64,000 nucleotides of DNA from Callorhinchus milii (GCF_018977255.1 NW_024704743.1:55430001-55494000); one strand, 5' to 3'; counted from the stretch's first letter, positions 12,088 to 24,955 are shown. Numbers and translations are program-made. Notes: generated from the letters alone by a model not told the origin.

Positions 12088-15000
12088 ACAACAACAAGAT
12101 TCCATTTATAGAGCGCCTTTCACGTCAGGAGGACGTCCCAAGGCGCTGTACAGTTGGGTCAGGACCCGAGCAGGGGGGAAATGGTCAGGGTGAGGGGAGG
12201 GAAGGGAGGGAGCGAGGAGGGGGTAGAGAGTTGAGAGGGGAACTGAAGACACGGTCAAAGAGAAAGGTCATGAGACCGGCCTTGAAGGAGGAAAGGGAGG
12301 AGGCGGCGAAGGCACTGGGGGATAGAGTTCCAGAGCCTCGGGGCTGAGAGGCTGAAGGCCCGGCCACCGATGGTAGGGCGGTTGGGGCGGGGGATGTGGA
12401 GCAGACCGGAGCCAGAGGAACGGAGGGTACGGGCAGGTAGGTAGGGGGATAGTAGGTCGGAGAGGTAGGAGGGAGCAAGGCCGTGAATGGCCTTGTAGGT
12501 GAGGATGAGGATCTTGAATTCGATCCTCTGGGGGATGGGGAGCCAGTGGAGGCGAGCGAGGGTGGGAGTGATGTGGTCCGAAGCCTGGTGCGGGACAGTA
12601 CACGAGCTGCAGAGTTCTGAATGACCTGCAGCTTGTGGAGGGAGGTGCCGGGAAGGCCGGCGAGGAGAGAGTTCCCATAGTCCAGCCTTGAGGTGATAAA
12701 GGCGTGGACCAGTGTTTCAGCAGCGTGAGGGGTGAGGTAGTGCCGTAGTCTGGCGATGTTCCGGAGGTGATGGAAGGCGGTGCCAGTTGTGGTGCGGATA
12801 TGAGGAAGAAAGGACAGCTCAGGGTCGAACAGAACCCGAGGTTCCTGACTGGCTTTGAGAGGTGGAGAGTGCAGCCTTGGATGCTGATGGTGTCAGCGCC
12901 TGAGGTGCGGAGGCGCTGACGTGAGCCAATCAGGAGGGCCTCAGTTTTGTACACGTTGAGCTGAAGAAAGTTGTCTCTCGTCCAGGACTCGATGTCGGAC
13001 AGGCAGCTGTCAGGACATCGGTGGTCGTGGAGTTGAGGGTAGAGGAGGAAAGGTAGAGTTGGGTGTCATCCGCATACATGTGGAAGTTAACCCCATGTCT
13101 GCGGATGATGTCACCGAGGGGGAGCATATAGAGGGTGAAGAGGAGGGGACCGAGGACAGAGCCCTGAGAGACACCGTACGAGACAGTGCGGGGGCTGGAG
13201 GAAGAGCCATTCGTGGAAACAAAGTGAAGACGGTGGGAGAGGTACGACCTAAACCACTCAAGGACAGGGCCTTGAAGGTTGAGGTGGGAGAAGAAGTGGT
13301 GGAGGAGGATAGCGTGGTCGACCGTATCGAATGCTGCTGATAGGTCGAGGAGGACGAGGAGGCAGAGGGAGCCCTGGTCACAGATGGTCAGGATGTCATT
13401 GGTGACCTTGACCAGGGCAGTTTCTGTTTTATGGGCAGCACGGAAACCCGACTGAAGGGGTTCGAATAATGAATGGGTGGAGAGGAAAGAGCGCAGCTGG
13501 GAGGCGACAACTTGCTCTAGGATCTTGGACAGGAAGGGGAGGTTGGAGATGGGCCGTTAGCTTGACAGCTGCGACGCATCAAGGGAGGGTTTTTTCAAGG
13601 TGGGAGTGATGGTGGCAGTTTTTAAGGGAATGGGAACAGAGCCAGAGGAGAGGGACAGGTTGATGATGTCTGTGATATGTGGGGCAAGGAGGTGGAGCTG
13701 AGAGATAAGGAGTGGAGTGGGGATGGGGTCAAGGGAGCAGGTGGTGGGTTTCAGGGATAGGATGAGTTTGGTGACAGAGGGTGGGGAAACGGGTACGAAA
13801 GTGTGTAGGGGAGGATGGGTAGGAGTCGGAGTGTGGGAGGGAGGGGGTGGGTGGATGTTGGAGGGGAAGTGACCGCGGAGCGAATTCCCTTGATTTTGGA
13901 TTCAAGGAAATCCAGCATCTCCTCGCAGTGAAGGTTGGAGGAGATGACCTGCGCGGGGTGGCGGGGGGACGGAGGAGTCGGGATGTGGTAGAGAACAGAA
14001 GCCTGGGGTTGTTCTTCGCCTCCAGGATTATCCTGGAGTAGAAGGACGACTTGGCCGAGGCTAGAGTGGAGCGGTAGATTTTGAGGAGGTCCAGCCAGAT
14101 TTGTTGGTGGACCGTTAGGCCAGATTTGACGCAGGTGCGTTCAACGGCCCGCACCTGGCTCTTCAGTGAGCGGAGGTGGGTGGTGAACCAGGGGGAGGAG
14201 CGAGAGTAGGAGACAGTACGGGAGGTGATGGGGGCAAGAGTATCGAGTGTGGAGGAGAGGGTGTTGTGGAGGAGGGTGAGAGAAGAGGGGTCAGTGAGGG
14301 TTGAAGGCCAGAGGGAGAGGAGTTCAGAGGACTCCAAGGCAGTGGTTAGGGTTTGTGGGGGTAATAATAATAATAATAACACTTGCATTTGATATAGCGC
14401 TTTTCACGTCGGGAGGACGTCCCAAAGTGCTTCACAGAATATACTGTCAAGTGAATTGACTGTATATTTGTGGGCGAACGCGGCAGCCAATTGCGCACAG
14501 CAATGTCCCACAAACAGTTGTAGAATGAAAATGACCAATTTATTATTGTTTTTGGTTTTGGAGGGATTATTATTAGGTGTGTGGAGTAAGGAAACTTGCC
14601 CAAGGTTCCGCCCTGCCTGGAATTGAACTCAGGTCTCTCGCTTGCAAAGCGAGTGCTCTAACCACTGAGCTACAGGACTCCGAGCTACTGAGCTGCAGTA
14701 ACTTCTTCCAGGTGCGGTAGAAGATGGTGGTGGGTCTGGTGGAGGTGGGGAGGGGGGTGGAGGTGGTGAAGGAGATGAAGTGGTGGTCGGAGACGGCCTT
14801 GTCGGTGATAGTGACATCGGAGACACTGAGGCCCCGGGTGATCACCAAGTCGAGTGGGTGGCCGTGACTGTGAGTGGCGGAGTTGATGTGGAGGGAGAGG
14901 TTGAGCGAGGAGAGCAGGGAAGAGAAGTCTGAGGAGATGGAGCAGGAGGGGGTGAAGTGCAGGTTGAAGTCGCCCAGGATGATGAGGCGATCAGAGCAGA

Positions 15001-15818
15001 GGCAGAGAGATGTAAGTAGTGTAGAGATATCGGAGACGAAGGTGGGAGAGGTTTTAGGGGGCCGGTAGAGGAGGAGGATTTTGAGCGAGAGGAAGGAGGG
15101 GTGGGAGAGGGTGAGGTGCTCGAGAGAGGGGAAAGAGCCAGAGGAGTAGGGGGATAGGGCAAGTGGTGTCCTTGAGATAAGGGCTACACCACCACCACGG
15201 CTGTTGGGGCGAGGGATGTGGTGGGAGGTGTAGCTGGGTGGTGTGGCATCCGTGAGGGGGAAGGTGTCGCCTGGGGTGAGCCAGGTTTCCGTGAAGGCCA
15301 TGATGTCAACGCTCTCATCAAGGATGAGATCGTTGATGACCAGGGCCTTGTTACAGAAGGAGCGGACATTTTGTAGTCCGATGTGGAGGGAGCGGTTGAC
15401 AGAAGGGTGTGTGGGAGGGGAGTCCAGGTTGTGAAGCAGGGGTGGGGGAAATGGGGATAAAGGAGGAGAGGTTGGCTCACCGGGTCTGTGTCCGGGGTGG
15501 CTGGCGAGTGTGGTGGGGAATGGGGCAGTCAGTGTGGCTGCTGCTGGACAGCCAATGCCGAGTGCCGCGGTGAGCCCGGCGGAGGGTTCCCAGGCTGGAA
15601 CAGAGGGAGGTTGTAGGAGGGTCAAGTGGGGATAGAAGGCGAGAGGGACGGAGAGAGAGGACAGAGCGGGAGAGATGCAGAGGGGGGAGGGTTTGGGGGT
15701 AGAGAGGAGGGAGGAGGGAGGGTGTGAGGGGGCTCGGGTCAAAGCGGCAGCCATAGTGCACACGTGGGGATCGGGAGCGAGCAGTCAGGTGGATGGCATT
15801 ATTCCGTAGGCTGGGGCA
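12088..15818 (-). mobile_element. Near-full-length L2-clade LINE (APE endonuclease + RT), frameshifted; copy A
   Basis: APE motifs (GLQNVRS, AFTETWL, ILGDFN, HPLDLVI, SDHH) in ORF 14573..15763; RT motifs ([18 protein letters not shown]); 3' hairpin and (TTG)n tail at about 12088-12147; no ORF1 visible. Confidence 0.95.
14365..14681 (-). mobile_element. Full-length tRNA-Ala-derived SINE (tRNA head, Deu-like 3' segment, L2-type tail) inserted in L2 copy A
   Basis: Head GGAGTCCTGTAGCTCAGTGGTTAGAGCACTCGCTTTGCAAGCGAGAGACCTGAGTTCAATTCC (A box, TGC anticodon arm, B box); (TTA)n tail; GTAA direct repeats at 14361-14364 and 14698-14701. Confidence 0.93.
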
Positions 15819-15824
15819 CTGAGG

Positions 15825-16035
15825 TTTTTTTTTTTTTTTTTTGCGCGCACATTCCTGAAAACTAAACTATGACGTCAGCGGTTCCCCCGCTCCGCCCCCA
15901 CCCGTTCCCTCCTCAGCCCCACAGCCGAGCTGCGCTCCCTGCCGACCTTAAATACCTGGGTAGGTAGGCCCAGGCTCCTTCCCGCGCTGTCCTGCCGCCG
16001 CTCCCCGCAGAGCTCTGCGCACGTGCAGAACACCC
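15825..16035. promoter_or_regulatory. CpG-rich promoter-like module next to the 5' end of L2 copy A
   Basis: T18 run, TGACGTCA (CRE) 15870-15877, CCGCCCC (GC box) 15892-15898, TTAAATA 15948-15954, CACGTG 16020-16025. Confidence 0.55.
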
Positions 16036-16164
16036 ATTAAAGTGGATTGACTATATATTTTGTGAGCGAACTTGGCAGCCAATTTGTGCACAGCAGTGTT
16101 TCACAAACAGCCATGGGGTGAATAACCAATTTTATTTGGGGGATTGTTGGTCAGGGCACTTCTC

Positions 16165-17160
16165 TTTGAATGAACAATGTTGAAGAAGGCCCTTCAGCCC
16201 ATTTAACTTCATTTTCCTGGAATCCACACCCTACAATCCTCCCATCACATTATGGAGCTGTATTTTGTACGAGTCCCACATCCTGGCCTCAATGTCCTTC
16301 CTGGTAACTTGTTCCAGTCATTAATTACCCTTGGTGTAAATAAATATTTTCTGGTGTCTCTCCTAATATTCAATCTACAACTGTTTGTGGGACATTGCTG
16401 TGCGCAATTGGCTGCTGCGTTCGCCCACAAATATACAGTCAATTCACTTTACAGTGTGTTCTGTGAAGCGCTCTGGGACGTCCTCCCGACGTGAAAAGCG
16501 CAATATCAAATGCAAGGATTATTATTATTATTATTATAATATTTCCCTTTGCAACTTTAAACATCCCTCTTGTTTTGCTGCCTAGAATCATCTGAAAGTA
16601 TTCCAAGTTTCCTTTCTCATCCCATTTACAATTGTATATACACCTGTGGAAGGTCCCTTCTGAGATGTTTCTTTTAAGACCGCATAACTGTTGCTCATAG
16701 TTCATTCCTCTAACATTGGGGAACATCCTTGTTTCTCTCTGCGCTGCTGATGAGGCCTGGCAGCTTTCTTACTTTGCATTGACTAGAACCAGTAAGCAAT
16801 ACTACAGCTGTGGCCTGACCAGAGCATTGTTTCACTTGGAGCATGACTTCAATCCAACTGATTTCTGAATTTAGCCCAGCATCATGTTTGCCTTGTTTAT
16901 TGCTGCCTCACATTTGTTTTGCCTTTCAGCTTCCCCCTTGGATGGTTTGATCGCACACAGTGCCCTTGGTAAGTTCTATCCCGTCCATGGAGTACAGCTG
17001 CTTCCTAACCTTATTTCCTATATCATGAACTTTATTAGCAAGTTATCAGCCCATGTACATACTCCATTTAGCTCTTTGCATGACTTTTGCTGCCTTCTGA
17101 TTCCACACATCTCCTCCAAATTGGTGTAATCTACAAATATAACTACCTTACACTCAATCT
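16165..17160 (-). mobile_element. CR1-clade LINE 3' fragment
   Basis: RGMNYEQ...SKTRG and RKYLFTPRVINDWNKLP, typical CR1 RT C-terminus; 3'UTR AGGCCCTTCAGCCCAT on +. Similar shorter CR1 remnants occur near 780-1190, 19250-19540, 28130-28250, 28930-29200, 33460-33900, 37320-37570, 45680-45820, 46080-46270 and 57900-58200. Confidence 0.8.
16371..16536 (+). mobile_element. 5'-truncated SINE inserted in a CR1 LINE
   Basis: Flanked by TAATATT direct repeats (16364-16370, 16537-16543). Confidence 0.9.
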
Positions 17161-17659
17161 AAGTTAACCCACATCTTTTCCTACAACTACAGATTTTCCA
17201 ACTATTCAATTAGAATTACACATTCACACCACATTGTATCACTGGCATTTTAGACTAGGAAATAATTTTTATCTAATAAAAGGAGGCGGGTATGTAAATG
17301 ACAAGGTGGTTTTGGTAAAGGTTAAGGCCCTAAGGCTTGCAAAGCCTATCCCTTCTCAACTATTCTGGACCTCCCCTATTCACTTTCTCTTCATATCCCC
17401 CAATACGTCTCTCTCTCTCTCTCTCTCTCACAAAATGCAGCTTCTGTTAATCAATTGAAAAAAAACTGATTGAAAAGCCAAGGTCGCTGTTGGGTAGAAC
17501 ATCACCAAGGTTAGAAAGATTAGGAGAAAGGACAAGATAAATTGACTAGTGCCATCAACTTGGGTTTAAGAAACAGGAGTTAGGCAAAAGGCACAGGAGA
17601 TCCACAGCCTTGAGGTCCTGGAAAATAGTTTTTTTTGAAAAGATGTACATATATACTGT

Positions 17660-17835
17660 AACATTCTCGCAATATTTGGGAATATCCTGGATCACCTTTG
17701 CTGGTCCTGAAGTCCGCTTCTCCATTCACACACACAGAATGACAGCTTGGCTGAGGTGCCAGAGGATACCCCATTTAATTATAACTCAGCAGGAGTTAGG
17801 ACCCTTAGTAGGAAAAGAATAGGGGGACAATTGGC
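17660..17835 (+). mobile_element. LF-SINE-like 3' fragment
   Basis: CACACAGAATGACAGCTTGGCTGAGGTGCCAGAGG...CAGCAGGAGTTAG...GGGGACAATTGG resembles the 3' half of the 41.3 kb element. Confidence 0.55.
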
Positions 17836-19548
17836 AAACTTACCTTGGTGCAATACTCTTATCACATTAGCCAAGGAAATGAGTTACAAGACAATTCACT
17901 CCTTTCAATATCTCATTGTACAACTCAAAGTGGCAGAATCAATTTAAAATCCACAAGACTAAAGCTGTTTTGAACTCTGAAACATTAGAAGTACAGGCCA
18001 CTCTGACTCTTTTGTGGAAACTATTATCATCGATCTCTTCAGCATGGATTCACTCAGATACTACCAGGAATGAATGGGTTTCAGTTACGAAGAGAGGCTT
18101 GAGAAGTTGAGGCTTTTTTTCTGGAGCTGGAAAGTTAAGAAAATAAAGTCTTGAAAGACTAATAGTTTATTTCCTTACAGAATTCACATATTCAAAACCT
18201 GGCAGAATTCACAGATCTGCCATTCAGCCACCAATAAATCTTCCATTACCCGAAGCTGCTTGTGAGGATTTACCAGTGATAGTTAATCTAATTATAGCTG
18301 TTACCATTGGTAACAGGAACACAGTGTTGCTCATTAATAGACAGGCAGTGACATAAGCAAGCTCATTTAAAAATATCCTAACCTACCTGTGAGCAGCTAC
18401 ACTGGCTTATCATTCTACATGTCATTTGGTTTCTTGTAACCTGATAGGCAATGGATTTTGTGTGACTGTTCCAAGATGCACCAGTCTGTCGGTTGCAAAA
18501 TCTGAATGAATTGTCAACTGCAATTTTTTCAGTGCAGAGCTAACAATTATTGAGTAAACGTATAATGTACATAATCATATCGAATACTGGGACTTGTCGG
18601 TCACACACAATCTCACCTTTTTAATGTTGGAGGTGCCGTCCTTCAGACGAACACTAAATCAAAGTTCCGTCTACCTGTTCAGGTGGAGATTAAAGATCCC
18701 GTGGCACTACTGAAAAAGAGAAGGGAGTTTCTCCTAATGTCCTGGCCACCAATCCTCCAAATTAAATTGGTCACTCACTTCATGGCTGTTTATGGGAGAT
18801 TGCTGTGTGGAGATTGGATGCTGGTCCACCTTCAAACACAGCTACTACTTTACATTTACAAGTAAATCCTGCAAAGGACTTTGGGGCATTTGAACAATGA
18901 GATAAGTCACTGAACCAAACGTAAGCAATAAATATCATTATTATTTCAACTGGGAGCTACAATTCTGAGCTCCTTCCTGAATCACTTCTATGTGATGTGC
19001 ACTGCTCTCTCAGAGGTACAATTGACTGGCCCAGAATGAACAATTCGCTAACTGGGATTTTGTTTCTTTGTCTCATATATTGGTGGCCAAAATATCAGCA
19101 GTCTCCCCAGATTCAGTTTTCAATTATAATTTAGTTAAGGATATAATATGAAAGTATGTCTATACCCAGGGTAGAATATAAAGGATTGAGTAAAATAAAT
19201 AAAATTATAAACTAAATATAAAATGTGCTTTCAACAGCAAGTTCACAAGAACATGAGATTTGTGGCCCATTTGATTTCAACCTACCAGAATACCCACCCT
19301 ACCACCTTCACATCACATCATCAACCTGTGTTTTTTTTAAAAACAAGTAGTGTCCTGGCCTCAATTACTCTTCCTGGTAACCTTTTCTAATTATTAAATT
19401 AACCTGTGCCCTCTTGTTCTGCTGCCTCAATCCATTCACAAGTATTGGTCTGAGGTTTCTTTCTCACATCCATTTAAAATCTTAAACACCTTTATAAAGA
19501 CTTCTCTGAGATTTTCAAGACTGAAGAGCCGTAGCTTCTAATTCATAA

Positions 19549-19772
19549 GAATAGAATGAGTATTTCTTTAAAAAAAGTTCTAATCAAATGTTATTATCTT
19601 GAAATAATAGCATGAGTCGTGTTCTTTTAAAAATAAATTACAATGAAATTTTATTATCTTTAAAATTAATAGAATGAATCACGTTCTTTTCTTAAAAAGA
19701 CATTTCATTATTTTCTTTAAATAATTGAATGAGCCATTTTTAAAAATAATATTGTTATAACGAAATGTTATT
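19549..19772. repeat. Degenerate AT-rich minisatellite, about 4 units of 55-62 bp
   Basis: Units start AATAGAATGAG / AATAGCATGAG / AATAGAATGAA / AATTGAATGAG and end in TTATTATCTT(T)AAAT-like text. Confidence 0.7.
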
Positions 19773-20449
19773 GTTATACTGCTTCAGTATTTCACATCAG
19801 ATGTCACAATTCGCAAGGTCCTCAAATTGGTTACATCAACAAGTTTCAATATTGCTCCCTCAATTCCCAAGTCCAGATCATTAATATATACAGTAATTCA
19901 GAGCAAATCCCAGCACAAACTCCCTGCAAGTACCGCTGCCTCTATCATAAGCTTCAGGAAGGCATCACTGAAGAGTGAAAGAGTGGGAAATTGCAAAGCT
20001 GTATAAGAATTGTTATTTTGCTATTGCCAGGACGGTAGTACTGGGGTGGGGTGGGTGGAAGGAAGAGAGGAAAAGCAAAATTGATTAATGTAGTCATTGA
20101 AATTGCTTCTGATAGGGGCTCACCCTTTATAAGTATGTATAAAGAACATGACGCATTTTATTATTTTACGATAACAAGATTTCATTCTATTGTACCATTA
20201 TTGTAATACAGATTCGGATGGGAAGGGCTGATTATTCTTACAAGCAAGTCTATCTCAATATAATTACTATTATTTAGCTGTCCAAAATCACTTTTTATAA
20301 AAAGATATTTAAAAACATACTTTGTAGTAGACCTATATTTATATAGGGATTAAAACTATACAATTTGTAGATGGTTAAATTACTGCTTTCTGCACGGATT
20401 TAAAACTTTTGCCCATGGAAAAATATCATGCAAACCAAAATGTGTACAA

Positions 20450-20730
20450 CACGTCAGCACACATGATACACCCCACCATCGGTGGGCAAGCTTTCAATCA
20501 TTCTCTCCCCTCTCTCTGGAACTGCATTACGCACTACCTCTGTCTTGCCCCTTCCCTCCCCATTTTTAAAGTTCATTTTAAGACTTAGCTCTTCAACAGC
20601 GCTTTCGGTCATCTTTTCCACCTCATCACCACTAGTCATTATCTTAAGCTCTCCCCCTCCCCTCCCCCCCGACCTATCCACCATTGCTGGTACTCAGCAA
20701 ACTATGTGAAGCTCTTTGGGATTCCACCAC
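20450..20730 (+). mobile_element. Old L2 3' fragment
   Basis: CCCACCATCGGTGGGCAAGCTTTC...CTCTGGAAC...CTCTTCAACAGCGCTTTC, collinear with the L2 C-terminus. Confidence 0.7.
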
Positions 20731-23189
20731 GTCACATATTTTGAGTTGCAGAGACCTGAGAAGAGATTACACAAGTTAAATATCAAATGACAAATGCACA
20801 TGTTCAATATGGCAGAAAATACTCACATCACCCACACTGACTGGCAGTGGCCAGTCAAAAGCAGAAATAAAATAAAGGCATTTTTCCAAAGTTTGCTGAT
20901 TTTGATTTGCTGTGGCTACTTAGATATTGAAATTGGAAAATGGGGCATGAGAGATCCAGGTTCTTCTGGATTCTTGCAGAACCAATTCCAAAATGTATCC
21001 GATTTATGAATGTTTGCTAGATATTATTTTAAGCTATGTCATCACCCCTTAAATGCTTCCTGATCATAATGTCCACTATTCTCAAAGGGAAGCAGGTTTC
21101 TTGGATACGATGCTGGTTCACAGAAGCTCCAATATAAAACATGATGGGTAAGAGGAAATTCAGGATGCTGATGTCACCATAAACGTGGACAAATGGGAGA
21201 GTTATACAGTATTTCAGTGTTGGATCCATTCCACTGAAATTAAGAAATTCAACGATCCAAGGAATGGCCAAGTCAACCCATCTTTGAAACCAACTGTTTC
21301 TTAGGTGTCGTCAGATCAGATAGCAAGGGAACGTTTTACTTGACAAGAGAAGAATAAGTCATTGAGGGCTTTATTAATAATAATAAATCTTGCATTTATT
21401 AAAGACAAACGGGTAGGAGAAAGTTGTCAATATAGACATTCTGGAATTGAAACATTCAGGGCGACATTATCTTTGACCCTCTATGACTCCGGGGGGTGGG
21501 GTGAAAGTAAGCATGGTCTACTTGGAGGTGAACTGGCTCCAAGTTGACATGTTAAAATTGAGCCCACTCTCAGTAGTTCAGTTCCTGAGCCATGCAGTTC
21601 TGCAGTATGCCAGTGCACTGCTGATGACAGCACAGCAAGCCTGACTCACCAACCAGACCTAGAAGGGCAGACCAGGCACTGGGGGCAGGGAGTCATCCCA
21701 CTTAGGGCTTTAGTTTGCAGGGTTAACAGGCCCTAACAGGTAGGGTGGTCCTAGTTGGACAAGCAACAGGAAAGCTTTCAAACAGTAATATCAATGGGAA
21801 GCTGTGAGGTTTTAGCTGGTTAAACTCCAGTGGTATCCCAACACACACTCTCGGGTCCCCGAGCCATGGCTTTTGCCAACCTGAGACAATTACTTTCCAG
21901 AATTTGGTAAGTAAGCATGGATTAAGCACAGTAAAGGGGTTTCTGCATGTGTCAATCACCCAGCTGACTAAAAGAAATTCCCTTGAGAGACAAAATGGTC
22001 TTTGGATATAATCGGATGTATTGGGAAATGTTGTCAATTATAGAGATTCCCAGAACCTCATCATATACTGTATGCAGTTGTCTGCCACCTAATCTTGCCT
22101 TGTGAGAAGTTCAGAAAATAGATCATTTAGCACCTGTTTCCACATGGGGCATATCATATTCCAATTCAGTCTGAGGTACAATAGAGTTGGATACACTTCT
22201 ACAAATAGTACAGCCCTTGTGAGATATTTTCAGCACTCCGAGACCCTATCCTGCATAAAGGGCACAAAGTAAATGCAAATGAACCAGCTCAGCCCCAAGG
22301 AAACTCTGCTAACAACTCCTTCCACAGTGAAGTGTAGCAATCTTATTTAAAGGCAAACGTAGCAGACTTTTGAACAGAGCAATATTGCATTAAAAGCCAT
22401 GAAGGGAATGATCAATTTTATATGGATTCTCCCAAGACATTGGGAGAAACTCCTTTCTCTTTTCAAATAGTGCCATAGGTTCTTTAACATCCTCCTAAAA
22501 GGTAGATGGGGTCTTTAATGCCATATCTGAAGGATGCACCTCTGACAATGCAACTCTCTGCCAGCACTGCATTGGGCTGTAAGTCTAGAGCAGCCGTGGC
22601 CAATATGTGGCCCAGAAATTACCCGTGGGACTGTCAAGAATGACATAAATCAAGAAATATTCAATTAAGAAATTAATTTTGTTGGCCATCTATCAAGGTT
22701 GGCCACCAGTGGCCTCAAAGTAGGGCTTGAACCCATAAGCTTCTGATTCAAAGGTGAGTGTACTACCAACTGAACCAGGCTGACGTCTATTGTTTGTCTG
22801 AGTCTTTCTCTGCTTTTCTTTCCCTTACTTTCCATCTGTCCCCGTGTCTCTTTCTGTATTTGTGGCATCACTGTACATGCCTCTTGCTCACTATTGGACA
22901 AAGTCACTTTCTCTTTCCCATCTCTCTTCTCTTATCCTCAACTCTTCTCTCTTTCATGCTCATATAAATCAAACACTGTATATCTGTGCATTACCCGTTT
23001 TGCTTTTTTTTAAGAAAAGACAGAAATGTTTAATTGAAGATGATGATGTATCTTTGTCTGAAAACAAAGTTATTTAAAAAAATAATTTGACCAACGAAGT
23101 ATTGGATTGTGTAGGAGGCGAACGCATGACATTTCTAATTGTTCATTATTTTGGGGTTCCTCTGGCTCAAATCCATTCTAACAGTCACC

Positions 23190-24955
23190 AGCAGATCCAG
23201 CTGGAACACATCAAACCATACCGCTTCACCCTCGCCTCCGCCAAATTGTCTTTCTACTCCAAGATAATCTCCAAGGACAACCCCACGCTCCTATTCTTTA
23301 CCACCAACCGGCTCCTCCATCCACCCTCCCATGCCTCGTCATTCTCTCCTCAAATTCTGGACTGTGAGGAGATACTGGATTTCCTCAAGTCCAAAATCAA
23401 GGGGATCCGTTCAGCTGCCTCCGCCCTCCCAACCGCCATTCCCTCCCCATCTCCCCTCACACTCCGACCCCTACCTATCCCTCCCTCCACACATTCAAAC
23501 CTGTTTGCCCCTCCTCTCTCATCACCACCATATCCAGCATGAAACACACCATCTGTTCCCTTGACCCNTATCCCTCTGCTTACCTTCCAACTCCACCTCC
23601 TCACCCCTCTACTCTCCAACACCATGAATCTCTCCCTATCATCTGGCACATTCCCATCCCCTTAAAAGCAGCTATAATCACCTCATCTTGAAACAACCTT
23701 CCCTGGACCCATCCCTGCCTTCTAACTACCATCCCATGTCCAACCTACCTTTTCTTTCCAAGGTCCTTGGAAAAGTTGTTGCTTCCCAGCTTCGCTCCTT
23801 CCTCTCCTACCATTCCCTTCACAATCCCCTCCAATTGGGTTTCCGTGCTGCTCACAGTATGGAAACTGCTCTGGTCGAGGTGACAAATGACATCCTATCC
23901 ATCTGTGACCAGGGCTCCCTCTGCCTCGTCCTCCTTGACGTCTGCTGCCTTCGAAACCGTGGACTACTCCATCCTCCTCCAAACTCTCAACCTTCAAGCT
24001 TCTGTCCTTGTATAGTTCAGGTCTCATCTCTCACACCGTCTCCAATTTATCTCCGACAACGGTTTCTCTTCCAGCCCCCACACAGTCTCGTGAGGTTTTC
24101 CTCAGGGCTCTGACCTCGGTCCCTTTCTCTTCAACCTCTATATCCTCCCTCTTGGTGACATTATCCGCAGACAAGAGGTCAACTTCTGTATGTACGTGGA
24201 TGACACCCAACTATCTTTTTGCCTCAACCCTCGAATCCAGGACAACTGATGCCCTGACAAACTGCCCTGGATGAGAGCCAACTTTCTACAGCTGAACGTC
24301 ACCAAGACTGAGGCCCTTCTGAATGGTTCGAACCAGCAGCTCCGCACCTCAGGCACTGGCAGCATCACCATCCATGGTTGCACACTCCAGCTCACCAAAC
24401 CAGTTAGGAACCGGGGCATCTCATTCAACCCTCATTCTTTCCCCATATGCATGCCATGACCCGCTCTGCCTTCCTCCACCCCTGCAACATTGCCCAACTC
24501 TGCCACTGCCTCACCCCTCAGGCTGCCAGAATCCTCATATACACATTCGTCACCTCAAGGCTCATCCAGAACTCTGCAGCTTGTGCCCTCTCCTGCAGGC
24601 TCTGTAACCTCATCACCTCCACCCTTGCCCGGCTCCACTAGCTCCCCATCCCTGAGGATAGAATTCAAAATCCTCATCCTCACTTTAAAGGCGCTCCATA
24701 GCCTTGCCCCCTCCTACATCTCTGACCTGCTAACCCCTACCAACCTGTCCGCTCCCTCCGTTCAGCAGACTCCGACCTGCTCCAGATTTCCCACCTGACC
24801 CATCACCCACCCAACTATTGGCGTCCGGGCTTCCAGCCTCTCTGCCCCACCCTTTCATCCCACAATCCCTTCGCCTTGCTCCCTCCCTTGCCTCCTTCAA
24901 GGCACGGCTCAAGACCCTCCTTTTCGACTGTGCCTTCAGCCGCCCTCCTACCTCT
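23190..24955 (+). mobile_element. Decayed L2 LINE fragment (linker + RT)
   Basis: [53 protein letters not shown] in successive frames; detached hairpin/(TTG)n tail near 25090-25146. Confidence 0.9.

Noticed and set aside
14610..14681. tRNA-Ala(TGC) genes here and at about 30805-30877 and 52231-52300
   Set aside because: D arm, anticodon arm and T loop are present, but the acceptor stem does not pair and each continues into an identical SINE body and tail; these are SINE heads.
14573..15763. 396-aa ORF as a host endonuclease gene
   Set aside because: It is the APE domain of L2 copy A; its C-terminus is read-through into the inserted SINE.
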